DNA from: Podarcis erhardii | Lineage: Eukaryota | Reading direction: 5' to 3' (one strand) | Assembly: GCA_964252035.1 (NCBI GenBank) | Contig: OZ176200.1 | Length of the DNA: 64,000 bases | Shown here: in pieces, positions 23,858 to 37,139 of the stretch | Numbering within the stretch: position 1 is the first letter of the stretch | How the letters are laid out: the number at the start of each line of letters is the position of its first letter | The notes under the pieces: model-generated | The model's input: only the letters and a program-made list of their open reading frames with translations | What the model was told of the DNA's origin: nothing | The model's database searches: none | Position numbers and translations under genes: made by a program

Positions 23858-24528
23858 CAGACTCTCGGCTCAGTTATTCACCAATGGCTTTATTCCAAAA
23901 GTCACGGCAATGTCCAAACATAGATAAAGCTACATGGTTCAGAAGTTTGTCACAGACTTCTAAGGTATATTGTAGGTGTAAGCTAAGAAGTTGTCCCTCA
24001 TAGGACAGGGAGCACAGTCATTTGTGCAGTTGTCATCCAGAGCCCTGGAACTGGGCAAGCAAGCATGCACTCGTGCAAGTAAGCTGGGCCTGTCATGCCA
24101 ATGCAGTCATTGCCTTGACCTTGGTGACAGAGGCGGAGGCAACATGGCTGACTCACTAGCTGATCTGGTCTCAGGCACCTCCCTAGTGGTACCACCTGAA
24201 TGAAACTCGCTGGTGGTCCACGGATAACAGTTTGGGAACCCCAGTCTATACAATAAAACTCATCAGGATATGTATAACTATTTCAGAATTACTTTCCCTT
24301 CATTTCTTATTCTGGCCCTCAGCAAGTCTCTTTCCTCCCTTGCCCCCCAATCACTGCTGAGTGCCATCAATCGGCAGCAGCAAAACCAAAGCATAATCAC
24401 CTGGATACAATCTGTTTGCTGCAATTTTATGTTCTAGTGCAAAGGGACAACCCACAATATTACAGTCTATGAGAAGATCAGTAGATTCCAGACAAATTGC
24501 ATGACTGCACAGCTGATTTAAAACATAT

Positions 24529-24658
24529 NNNNNNNNNNNNNNNNNNNNNNNNNNNNNNNNNNNNNNNNNNNNNNNNNNNNNNNNNNNNNNNNNNNNNNNN
24601 NNNNNNNNNNNNNNNNNNNNNNNNNNNNNNNNNNNNNNNNNNNNNNNNNNNNNNNNNN
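24529..24658. other. assembly gap (130 N)
   Basis: Run of N. Confidence 1.
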
Positions 24659-24901
24659 AATGTTTAGGATGAATTGGCAGCTCACCATTAGATATAGAAG
24701 GAATGCAATATTTTTAGGGAGATTTCACAGACACCTTTATGGTGTGAAATGCACACTAGCCTGAGAAATAGTCTTGTGCTACACCAAGAATTTCTGAAAC
24801 CTTGATTGGCTAGATGAAGCTAGATTTGGGTAATCTTTTAGGGCACTTCACTTATTTGTCTCCCTACTGCCATGCTATCAAATGAAATCAAAGAGCACAC
24901 T

Positions 24902-24902
<1 letters not shown>

Positions 24903-24940
<38 letters not shown>
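24903..24940. repeat. (GT)n microsatellite
   Basis: Direct reading. Confidence 0.95.
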
Positions 24941-24942
<2 letters not shown>

Positions 24943-26080
24943 ATTAGTCAGTTTTGACTCCACAAATCAAATAAGCTCAACAACAGCAAACTAAATGGCA
25001 TACTCTTAGATCTAGTGTTGTCACTGGAGACACAAGGACAATGTCAATCATCTTGCTCAGTGGGTAGTTGTGTGCAGCTATCCATGATAATACCTTTATT
25101 TGTCAATTATCTTAAAGCTCTTTACATATGTTATCTAACTCAATAATCCTTAAAGCAATCACGTACTTGTTGTGAATTACCAATGTGAATTGGGGGCAGA
25201 AACTAAGAGATGATAGCTTCAGTTCATGAGCTCTGCAATAGTAACAAATCATGGACTTTCAGATTTATCAGTACTGGGAACTGGGTTTCCAGTAGCGATT
25301 TCATGGCTGAGTCAGAATCTGCATTGGGAACATCTCATCATACCTGTAACCACTATGCTGCACCTCTCAGTTTCTTATAATGAGCGGTATCCAACTAAAA
25401 CATACTCAGAGTAGACTCACTGAAATAAATGGACATGGCTATTCTAAGTCCATTGGTTTCAGTGGGTTTACTCTGCATGTGACTTAGCTGGGTACAAACC
25501 TAAAGTGTGTAGCTTCTGTGTGTATATTGAATGCAGCCACCGGGAACAATTTAAGCACAGTTAAAACACAAATAGAGGCTTCAAACATGATGGTAGCAAA
25601 GCACTTTCCTTTGATGAATATTCATAGCAAATTGATGGGTTTTGTTTTTGCAGTAGTCACTTCATTAGCCAGCACCATTAACAATGCAAAAGTATTTGTG
25701 TAAATAAGCGACTGAAGGGTGATGACACTAGAGGCAAGGGATTAACAAATTACCTCAATTGGGTAAACAGATGCGGTAGTGTCACTTTGGAAGGAAGGGG
25801 TCCTCTCTGCCTATGCTGCTGTTTATACTAGACTATCTTGGCTGTGAATCCTGGAAGACCTTCTCTCTGCCTTGCAGGCCTTTTCCCACCTGGCCTGGGT
25901 GCTGGGTCCCTGACTGACTCCAGCTGCAAAAACTGAGGCTTCTGAACAGATTCTTGGGCTGGGGTATTGTTTAGGGAGTTTTGTTGCAGGAGGTGTGTGT
26001 TGCTTGTTGTTGCTGTTATTTTTTGTATATTTATTTTATACCTTCTTGTGATATATGCCCTGCTTCTCTCCACCTGGCTT

Positions 26081-26107
26081 GGGGCGGGGCCTGACAGGCT
26101 CTATAAA
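26081..26107 (+). promoter_or_regulatory. GC box + TATA box pair
   Basis: GGGGCGGGGC at 26081-26090 and TATAAA at 26102-26107. Motif match only. Confidence 0.3.
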
Positions 26108-26329
26108 GGAGTGCTGCTGCTGTTGCTGGGCAGAGAGGGCTCCGTTTTTGTTTTAAAATTTGCTTTTATTTTTTATCTATGTCATTTTAAATTGTGATTG
26201 ATATTAATGCTGTATTCTTAGTTTTAGATTTTATGATTTATGTGGAAATTGTTTTCCATATGGTTGCGTACTTTTTGATGTGTTTTCTTTATTGTTTATG
26301 ATTTTTGTTATGTGGGTAATTATGTAAAT

Positions 26330-26567
26330 CTTGTCATGTTGTAAGCCACCTTGAGCATTGTTTTAACTATGGAAAGGCAGCATAGAAATAAAACGATGAT
26401 GATGATGATGATTTATGTGGAAATTATTCAGTTTGGTTGTGTATTTTTAATGTTTTATATTTTTGCTTATGTTGCAGATATGTATTATTTTCATGTTGTA
26501 AGCTGCCTCGAGGGTGGTTTGTACTGTAGGAAGGTGGCATACAAATAAAATTATGTATGTATGTATG
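26330..26567 (+). mobile_element. two tandem L2-type 3' ends
   Basis: TGTAAGCCACCTTGAG...AAATAAAAC(GAT)n and TGTAAGCTGCCTCGAG...AAATAAAAT(TATG)n. Confidence 0.6.
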
Positions 26568-26740
26568 TTCTCTTGCCTAGCAAATAAAAACAGTTTTGGC
26601 AGTGCTCCCCCTGAACTGGGTGCAAGTAAGAAGCCAGGCAGGTAGAGATGACATCAGATGTAGCACGGGTGGGTATGGTTTGGGAGAAACAACCTTGCAG
26701 GTGAAATTGGGATCCCTAGCAGGCCAACTTTGGCCCTTCT

Positions 26741-27269
26741 TGTAATGATCTCAGGCAGACAGCAAGCTCCAATAAAGAAGAATGAGTCTTTATGCATGTT
26801 TATTTACAATTTACATCTAGAGAGCGGCTCTGAGCCTGCCGCCATTAGCTACGAATTGGTTACTCTGAGTCTCCTCCTGTCGCAGCACGAAAGGTGCCAA
26901 AGTCCCGTCCTTCCTCTTATGCACTTCCATTGTATTTTAACCCTTTCAGCTCTTCTAGTTTGGGGAGGAGGTGGGTGGAAATCCCCTCCGCTCTCAAATG
27001 AAGAGCCCTCTGAACGCTGTTTCTCTACTGGTTGCATAGCAAACCCCTCAGTGCTGTCTATCTCTTTCCCTCTCCCTGCCTGTGAACTGTCCGAGTCTGC
27101 TGCTCTATCTGAGTCTGGGAACTCTTGGTGAAGGAGGTCCGAGCTAACCCACTCCTGCTCTGTCTGAATTATTTCTTCTCAGTCATACTCTGGCTCTCTC
27201 TGTACTGACAGTCCTTCATCTCCAGAGCTTGACTCTTTCTAAGCGTTCAATTCAGCCTCATCCCTGACA
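26741..27269 (-). mobile_element. solo LTR (Gypsy-like), 529 bp
   Basis: TGTAA...TGACA termini, a 5-bp flanking near-duplication CTTCT/CTGCT, and AATAAA on the minus strand near 26800. The minus strand begins TGTCAGGG, as does the LTR at 59879. Confidence 0.7.
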
Positions 27270-30200
27270 CTGCTGGAGGTTCCCTACCCCTGGTCTAAAT
27301 TGGTGTATCTTCTAAAGCTGGCAGAATTTTAGAAGGGAAAGCAGGCTAATATGTGGAGCTGCACACTGACAACTTGTTTCACACAACCCTATAAGCGTGT
27401 GGTGGAGGGGTGATGTGCATGCCCAGCCCCCAATCCCTCATTGCTTCAAACCATTTCACTTGCTCAGTAAGTATATGAAGCAGGCCACAGTTCTATTAAT
27501 TTCAATCAGAAAGAGTTAGGAATAGGCTTGACTCTCCCACTGAAATAAATGGTCCTTGCAACTGGCCAGATTGCATCCAATGTTAACAGGTACAAATTAA
27601 TCCATTTGTAGGTCAGTCCGTTGTGGGTCAGTTTGGTGAATAGCGCTCACTTTGTGCCAATTTCTACACACAATCCAGTTGCCAAGGATCAGAGAATAGT
27701 GACAGCTACACTTTATTGTGCAATGTGAGCTCCTAATTATAAGCACAAATTGCTCTTCTGGACGTGCCACTATGTAAACAAAGGGCTGTGGAAGGGGGTA
27801 ACCCACATTCATCATCCAGCAAGTATATGTACAGTGTTTCCTCCTCTGCGTCTCTAAAAATGCAATGAGGGAGATGAAATGGAAGGTTCCTCTTTCCCTG
27901 CAAAAGATCTGACCCAACTGGTGACACGAAACATGTCTTAGGAGGAATAGGTGGTAATTTCATCACAAATGACAGTAGGCAAGTGGTCTTTCAAGGGAAT
28001 CCCTTGGATCAGAGCCTCACCACTTCAAATTAAAACCTCCTTTCTTCAAAGTTTAGTTTTTGCTAACAGCATTACAAGGCTGGCTTGAAAAGTGGCTTCT
28101 TAGGCAGTTCATATGTTGCAACATCAGCACTCCTTACCTGTTTCACATGAAACTGCAAATTACCAATTTTTATCTTTTAGTGTAGAGGTATTTCTCTTGG
28201 GCTAGAAAAGTGGGTAGCAGTCAATATGGTGCCCTTCAGATACTGTCAGACTCCCATCAGCCCCAGCCATTATAGCCAATAGCCAGGAAGGATTGAAGTT
28301 ATATTCCAACAAGATCTGGAGGACATCGCTTTGTTCTAGTCCAAAAGAGTCACAAACTGAGCTGCTGTTTTCTATGTATGAGTCAAGGCATATCTTGGCT
28401 CAATAGCTAAGAGTTCACTCCTGCCTGGGCTGCATAAAGGATGCAAAAGCTTGAGTACGAAGTGAAGTCCTCAGCAGGCAACAGTTTTGAAAGGGTATAA
28501 GAAGCATTGGGATCCATACTATTCCTTTATCCTTTTTTAGATTGGGGCTGAAGCACTGACCTAATGCGTTGATTTCATTTTGTAAAAACCCGTGACTTAG
28601 TGCAATTGGCACATAATGAAGAACATTTTTCACAGATAGTGTTTTGTCTAAAAAGAGAGAGCATAAATAGGCAAAGGTCTCTTGCCCTAAGTAACATTTT
28701 AAAATGCAAATTTGTCAGTGTCATTCCGAGAATTAATGCACTGGCTGATAAGCCCGTAATGTCCTCAATTTGCAAATTACGGCTCTTGGTAGGTAATATC
28801 CCAGGAGATAAATTCTGAATAAAAAAGCTGGATTAAGTTTCTCCTCATCATAGAAGTTTATTTGAAAACAACTACATTCTATCTTAAGCAGGCCACATAA
28901 GTGTATGGCCTTTTGTGTGTGTGCTTTAGATATTAAAACACCAACACTGTAACAACGGTGGGCTTTGTTTTTCCATAAAATTCACATCAGAATGTGAATG
29001 AACTGTTGGAACTTTGTTGTCTAGGAGACCTTATATATATGCAGAGCTAATACATTGCTTTGCTCAATTTAAAGCTGTAGATTTCTCACAGCTAAGCAAC
29101 TGAGCATTTAACTGCAATTATGAGCACTATCATCCACATTAAAGAGGGCATATTTCCATTTATACTCCTACTGATAGGAATATGAGGGTGAAAGTAGAAA
29201 TATCTTGAGGTCATTAAGAGCATGCCATGTCCTCACAACTCTGAGATGAATATCAGATGCCCAGCTCTTCCTGAACCCGCCAGTGTTTTTCAGGAGTTTG
29301 GGGTATGTTGATTTCATAAAAATTAATGGTCTTTTTCAGTGCCATAGCTCAATGCTCCTTTTTTTAGATTCATAAAAACTAATCCCAAGTTTTGATACAT
29401 CTTTCTGCAGAATTAATATCTTAACACACAGGTAATAGGTGGCATGACATTTAATCTCTTTGATTAAATTATATGCTAAAAATGTCTTATAAATAAAAGA
29501 AACAATGGAGGCAACTTTTAAATTATCTTGATTGTTCTAAAGTGATAGATTTAATGGTTACCAAGGGTGATAGTTAGAGCCCATTAGAGCTCTAAGAGGG
29601 CTCTCTTTTTTTAATTCCACAGTTCTGAAAAGACATCGTGGCCTAGGGTAGCTTTGCCCACATTACTTTCATTTAATCAGATGAAAACTAAACGAAAGCT
29701 GTAGGGTGTTTCTTTTTCTTTTTCAACCGCTACAAATTTCAAACCACCAAGATTACAAATCCGAAATCTGTTTCAAAGGCAGAGGTGCTGCCTCTTAGGC
29801 TTCGACCATCCAAGGCAGCTGCCTCAGCCTGCACTGACTGGCAGAAACATTCATGGGTTAGATTTGCAATCTACAAGCAAAAGAAAACATAAATTGTTGT
29901 CTTTCAGTGCCTACATAAATGCATTGCACCTATAATCATATATGAGCTCTGAACTAAGGAAGAGATCTAGATGACAGCTCTTATAGGACAGACATATTTA
30001 TTATTAATTTTATTTGTTTTTCTCTTTAATCTATTATGAGAACATTTCACTCCCCTACCTAAAGCTTACTATGAATGCAATTCATAATTTCTGCTATATA
30101 TTCATGCATTTCCATTGTTGTGATGTGATTTTTAAATATCCATATATCGTCTTACTGTGTAGAACAGGGTTCTACAACTTACAACCCACCAGGGTGACTG

Positions 30201-30865
30201 TACTCTACCATCCATGCATTGTATTGTTTCAGGAGACTAACAATCATCACACATCCCCTTCTCCCATTTTGCATCCCAATGAGAAGTAACTGGGATATAC
30301 ATGATGTGACAGCTCAGTGCTGTGCATGCTTAGTCAGAAATCAGTCCCAGTATATTCAATGGGGCTTCCTCCCTAGTCAGCATGCCTAGAACTGAGTCTT
30401 TGATGGCATTTTGGGATACACTGAAGGAACCCAATGGCAGGTTGATAGTTTTCAAAGGTTGGGAACCTCAGTACTGCAGGATTGTAGTAACGGGATATGT
30501 TATGTCACAGTATCATGTTAAACAAATTGCTTCAGACTCTTGAAAGGACACAAAAACAGATCAAGTTACCTTGTGAAATATTAGCAAGTGTAGCAACAAA
30601 TAGTATCTCAGACAAATTATCTAGGAACACAAATGTAAAGAGACTGGGCAGAGATAGCGAAATGGTAAGTTTGTGTTAGCTCTTATTCCACCTTCCCATT
30701 TCTCAATAAATCTTCATCTTATAATTGGTTCACCTGAGACTGAGTGGAAATCAGATTTATTATGGTCTTTCATGAACATACACACATGTGCACACGTAGG
30801 CACTATATAGTAAGCTACTAGGAACTTTGAGTCCTCATATAATCCCTTTTTCACTATACACCATT

Positions 30866-30868
<3 letters not shown>

Positions 30869-30899
<31 letters not shown>
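30869..30899. repeat. (CA)n microsatellite
   Basis: Direct reading. Confidence 0.95.
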
Positions 30900-30903
<4 letters not shown>

Positions 30904-31844
30904 GTCATGACTGATGTTTACACTTCGGGTTTGGAGAAAGCAAATGAGGGCCAGGAGATTCATGCTGAAGATGATAAGTTCTCTTATCTAGTAAGGCATT
31001 ATTTTTTTGTCTTCTCGAGAGAAAATAAAACAGAACAGCATTCACTATCTAGAGATAGAAGTGATGGTTTTATACTTTTTAAAAGAAATTTGAAAACTGG
31101 GCCTGCTTGTTATACTGAACATAAGCTCAATAAGCCATGCAGTGGTTGTAGTACAAAGGGTTCTCTCTCTGCTATTGTGAGCTCTACTTTTTCAGGTTCC
31201 GGGTAATGGAGTGAGAGTCCTCCATGCATAAGGTTACACAAGCAAAGAGTATTTCAGATCTTCTAATGAGCACACAGAGATCAGGCGCTCACAATCTCTC
31301 TCCTCAAGTGCATTCAAAAAAGAACATAGAGGGTTCAGATTGTACGTAGGGAGTCTATGCATATCAAATGCATGCACAAGGTCCATACATTTTGTGTGGG
31401 AGGTCCTTTTTTATTTTAAAACAGCAAGATGATAGTTCCCTCGTGTGCCTTGTCATTCTGGCATGCTCTTCAACAGTAACTGCAATTGTCTATTTGGTAA
31501 ATCACTTTTACAGGTCTCTCTCTTAGCTTGCTTTCTTGATTCAAGGAAGCCTAAGGTCCAGTCCTATGAGTTGCTTTAAGCAGTAGAAGCACAGTGATAT
31601 CTTTTTGCAGATATTAAGTATGAATGTTATGTTATCTATTATGCTGTAGACCTCCCTGGGGCCTTTGGACCAGGGACAGTATTTCTTAATAGATAGAATA
31701 ACTAAATAAATGTACTGCTTAAGCTAAAGGTGACCCATGCAATCCTCAGCAGCTGTATGTGTTGCTGAGATTAAATTCCATAGCTAAGGCTGGAAGCCTA
31801 CACAGATTTGTAAAGCTGACATCTCATTTGTTTCTGAGCCCAAT

Positions 31845-32292
31845 TCAAAGTGCTGGTTTTGACCTATAAAGCCTTAAACAGCTCGGGGCCACAATACCTC
31901 AACAACTGCCTCTCTCCATATGAACATAACCAGACTCTGAGATCATCCTCTAAGGCCCTTCTTGTGCCTTCTCTGTGAGAGATCCAGAGGGTGGCAACAT
32001 GAGACCAGGCCTTTCCTGCAGTGGCTCCCTGTTTGTGGAGTGCTCTCGGGGTGGGGATTGGCTGGCGCCTTCGTTATACACCCTTAGGTGAAAACGTTCC
32101 TCTTCAACCAGGCCTTTGGCTGATTGACATCCGATGCCCTTTTAAATGTTGTTGTGGGGGAGTATTGGGTTATTTCAGTCCTTATTTTCATGTATTTTGT
32201 TTTTTTTATAGTCTTATTTTATGTTGTGAACTGTCCTGGGGTCAATGGATAAAGGGCGGTATACAAATTTAATAAACAACAGCAACAACAAC
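31845..32292 (+). mobile_element. L2 LINE 3' fragment
   Basis: TTCAAAGTGCTGGTTTTGACCTATAAAGCCTTAAAC...GGGCGGTATACAAATTTAATAAA(CAA)n. Confidence 0.8.
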
Positions 32293-32817
32293 AATTTTAT
32301 ATGGCAATATGCACAAAGTTATATTTTTTAAATGCCAACATGGGGAGGCGGGGTAAGCTGGATCAGAGTCATGGAATGGGATAGGAGGGATTTAACCTTT
32401 TGCCCTTGTACTAGAATCCCATCATCCTACCTACCACACCCACTATTCATCACGGAAAGAAAGTTCCCATTGATGCTAGTGGATATGCTCCTACATTTCT
32501 CCAATGAAAACAGGGATGTCCCATTCCATAATGATAATTTATACCCCACACATCTTATTCAGTTGCCTGTGCAGTCCCAAAGTGTCTTGGGGTGGTTTTG
32601 TTTCTGGCAGGAGCAGACACCATGGTAGGGCCTACCTGACCTCCTGGAAGGTGAGTTGCTACTGCTTCCAGAAGGGGGAAGGTTGCAAATGAAGTAGCCA
32701 ATCCAATATGGTGCGTTTGCACTATGATGCCTTCCCTGATGCCTTGCCCCTTCCCCTTACCTCCCAGTAAGCATCAATGACTCACCTGATGGGAGGTTAA
32801 CTACAGGTTAACCAACT

Positions 32818-33291
32818 CAGGGCCATCTTTACCCGGGGGTGCAAGGGGTGCGGGGCATCCAGGCACTGAATTCTGGGGGGCACACGGCACCCTCCGCTGA
32901 AGCCACCTAAGCTCTTAACTATTCACCTGTTAAGAAAGAATAAATAATTTTGATCAAGCTAGAAAAACAAAATACATATATACCTACAGTAGGTTTACCG
33001 AAATGTATACCTACAGTTTCACTAAAGGACTTTCGACTTTGTGCGCTCATTTACCAAAGATGTGCCGCACTGCGCCAGCGGCAGCGCTTGTCATTCACAA
33101 CGGCAGTGCTTCTCAGACTCCAGGACAGCACTTGTCATTGTCAACGGCGCAGTGCACACAAAATTAACTAAATTTGGGGGCCCTGGGCAGATCTTTGCAC
33201 CCCGGCAGCACATATGCTAAGGGCTAAACTAAATTTGGGGGCGCTGATGGATCTTTGCACCTCAGCAGCACATATGCTAAAGAGGGCCCTG
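32818..33291. mobile_element. non-autonomous hAT element (MITE), 474 bp
   Basis: 13-bp TIR CAGGGCCATCTTT / AAAGAGGGCCCTG (1 mismatch); 8-bp TSD AACCAACT at 32810-32817 and 33292-33299. Confidence 0.85.
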
Positions 33292-35149
33292 AACCAACTA
33301 CAGGTTAACCAACAATGAGAGGTGTTCTTAAGTTTTCACAGCTGCAGCAGCTTAATTTTAATATTCTTTTAATAGTATAGTGTTTTGCCACTCTCTTTTG
33401 CATGCCATGTAGTGCATATAATAAAACAAACAGCATTAAATTCTTATCACTCAAAGCAGCCTGCAACCCACAGAAGCTAATGGCAGAACTCACGTGTATT
33501 TGAACGGATGCAGATTACACTCCCATAACATGAGACTATAAATCATTAGTGAAGATGTCTTCTTCTGAATGCACTCCTGACCCCACATGGGCTTTGCGGG
33601 TGCAACCTGGAAATTTATATTCAAATTCAATTTTAAAACATTCATCTACACCACATCAGTTGGAGAATGGCATCACTCTGGTGTGACTTATCAAGCCATT
33701 TATAACTAAGAAACAATGCTCTGTTTTTCCATTGTGCCTGTTCAAAAACCATAAAGGAAAACCAATCTGAGCTGAGGTGCCAGGTTCGAATGATGGATGC
33801 TCCCAAGGAAGCCTTGCTTTATTTTGTGAATATTCCATGAGCAGCAATAAGGGGCCCTCTTAATGGGATACATTATTCATTGTGGTTTACATTTGCAATT
33901 CTGTTTATTTTATTTTACGTACTACCCATTTTCCCCAGGAAAAAATAAATAAATGAAACCAGATCATTTGTTTCCTTTCCTCCACTCACTTAAGGGAGGC
34001 ATTTCCAATGTTTTTTTAATTGCTTTGTGCATATCAAGAGCCATTAGGCATCACCATCGCTTTGCTGCTTGAGAAGCCAGCGGAACATTGTAGCATATAG
34101 CAAAGTAAATAAACCTGATTAGTGTCATTATCTCTGACAATTGCAGAGTCAATAACATCAGAATCACCCATAGAGATACACCCAACAACACTTGAACACA
34201 GCCAATAGACATTTCAGGCCAAATATGTCCCAAGCGAAATGCCATTACTAGCTTCAATGGAATTACATCAGCCATGAATTTATCACCTGCAGCTGTCAAA
34301 CCTAATATGAGCAGAGTATATTTCAGGCATACTTAAAAGCTAAATTAAATGGAAAGAGGTTTTAGGGGGCATTTAAACACTCTGTGGCAGAGCTGAGAAT
34401 CCATCCCCTAGAGCTTTTGCAAAGCGAATAAGAAGTGGGCAATGAAACCAACTGGAAACTGAAAGAGAAGCTGATCAATCTACTTTCATTGTCTTTTCTG
34501 GGTGACATGAAACTGGGCAGGGGGGTGTTGTCGTAACAGAACAATATATATGTAGTTTTAAAAGGAAAGGGTAAAAAAAAATGAACTTGATTTTTGTCTT
34601 ACAATCTTGGTATTATTAGAGTCGTATAGAAACTGTCTTAAAAAAACAATTTTCTTTGAAGTAATGGTTGTGGGAAAAGAAGCTGAAAAATATCTGATGC
34701 AGCTGGCCTCCTTCCTGACAGCAGATGGGTCACATTTAATGTCATTTCTCTGATGGCCAGTATGGGCAGTAGCAGGGTATGGGGAGCAATCCCAACTACT
34801 CCCAACACTGGCTTCACTGATGCCTCAGTGGGGATGAAAAAAGGCCACAGCAAAGTGATGACTTTGTGACTGTGCTAATAGGAGCACACTTGCCTAACCA
34901 TGAGCTCAGTTCAAATCACTGGCTTGAGTCTATGCACCCCACCATTCCTTAATTCTAAATGCTCATTTGCCTCCCAACACAAGGGCTATTTTCTCAGGGC
35001 AGCCTCAATTTTGACCCCACTGGTATAAAACATGGTATGAAGAGAAAGTTTAAAGTGGGGTTATTGCCAACCTGACTGCAATGAAAACCATATGTAGTTA
35101 TTAAAACATGTGAAAGATACATCATCACTTGGGTGCAAATCAAATCAGG

Positions 35150-35520
35150 CAAAGGTAAAAGGTAAAGGACCCCTGACAGTTAAGTCCAGTCGCGAACGAC
35201 TCTGGGGTTGTGGCGCTCATCTCGCTTTACTGGCCGAGGGAGCTGACACTTGTCTGCAGACAGTTTTTCCGGATCATGTGGCCAGCATGACTAAGCCGCT
35301 TCTGGTGAAACCAGAGCAGTGCACGGAAACGCCTTTTACCTTCCCGCCAGAGTGGTACCTATTTATCTACTTGCACTTTGATGTGCTTTCAAACTGCTAG
35401 GTTGGCAGGAGCAGGGACCGAGCAACGGGAGCTCACTCCGTCATGGGGATTCGAACCGCCGACCTTCCGATTGGCAAGCCCAAGGCTCAGTGGTTTAGAC
35501 CACAGCACCAACCACATCCC
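35150..35520 (-). mobile_element. Sauria SINE (tRNA-derived), full length
   Basis: Minus-strand head GGGATGTGGTTGGTGCTGTGGTCTAAACC with B-box GGTTCGAATCC, and a (TTTACC)n tail. Confidence 0.9.
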
Positions 35521-37059
35521 TATATAGATCAAATCAGGGACTTCCACAAAATAACCTCCCCATGCACAGTTAGCTAACCTTGGACTTTTCGTTCTAAATT
35601 TACTCAACTCTGTTTGACATATGCATATTTTCCAAGTAGAAGTATTCAGACTTTCCCAAATCTTTGCTGAAGACTTTCTTTAGTCAGCAGGCCTCCTTTA
35701 TCAGCATAATTCGTATTAGGCTGTAAATCCTAGACACACCTACTTGGGAGTAAGTGCCATTCAACTCAGTGGGGCATACTTCTGGACATGCATAGATAGG
35801 ATAACGATTGTGCTGTTAGTAAGTCAGTGAATGTTCTAAGTCAGTTACTAAAGATACTGATGCCTCCAGTTGGAGACCCTGAGGTCATTTCCACCAAACC
35901 TTCCTTTGATAAAAAGATCCTGAAGTATCTCTCCAATGTGGCTGTTAAATTCAGTGAGCGGCAAGTCTTAAAGAGCCCCCTGGTCATGGTGCTTGGTAAC
36001 CTAACCTCCTTTTGTTCTTATATTAACAGGCTAACCAGTTCAGAAATAAAAAGGAAGACACCACAAGACGAAAATACTTCAGAATTTCTTCTCTGCCCTT
36101 CCAGAGATCCAATTTACTTCAAAGGGAGTCGCACATGAAGACTTCTGCGTGGATTGTGCCATAAGGCTTAGAGGCGCATGAATGTATTGGATTGCATCAT
36201 TGCTAGTGATGGGTCATAAATTAAGAAACTCCTTGTACTAGGCTACTGCTGGGTGGATGGAATCCAGGTGCACTCAGCGGAAATGGAGAAAGCTAGCTTT
36301 GAAGTTTGTTATTAAGCTCTTTTTTTAAAAAAATACAATCAAAATATGTCTCTTCTCTCCACTTTAAATTATATTAGGAAAGGATGATTGTCAGAAGAAA
36401 TCACTCGTAACCAAGCAAAAGAGCTATACCTGAAGGTCAGCTGTCAGGGAAAAAAGATCCCTGCTGCAGCTGCCAAAGGGGCACATCAATTTTGCTAAGC
36501 AATGGAGCAATTTCTCTCATGGTAGCACAGAACACTGGCATGGAGTCCTGAGAGAACAGCTTCATTACTTCAGCACAAATGAGAACAACTTCATTACTTT
36601 AGCCATTTGTCTTGGCTTTCCAAGGGGTAACTAAGAAGTTCTTTGTGTTGACCTTTGCTGCAATACTAGCTGGAGGCTGGAATATTTATTGTTAATAAGA
36701 ACCCATCTAATCCAAAGGCATCAAGCGTTCATCTATTTTGGCCACTCTGGTGTTAAATTTAAAAGGGTAGGAAGGATTCCTTTAAAAGCAGGTAGGATGT
36801 TAGTATCTGCATCACTACTGCTGTTACTGTTAGTAGTATTAGGACTTAGGACTGGAGGAGAAAATAAATTTTGTTTGCATTTTAATGAAATATTACCTAA
36901 TTTAGACTTCTCGGAACAATACATGAACCAAAACCCAGCTATCCTAAATCTGCAATCCTCTGATTTTTGCAGTGTCGTTCTCCAGCTAAACAAGGTGTAC
37001 AAGAAGCATCTATCAGGGGAAAGCATTGAAATGCATTTATTGGAGGAAACTACATATAA

Positions 37060-37087
37060 ACCCAGTCAGATGGGCAGGGTACAAACT

Positions 37088-37138
<51 letters not shown>
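37060..37138 (+). mobile_element. L2 3' tip with (GTT)n tail
   Basis: AAACCCAGTCAGATGGGCAGGGTACAAA followed by a (GTT)n run. Confidence 0.65.
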
Positions 37139-37139
37139 A

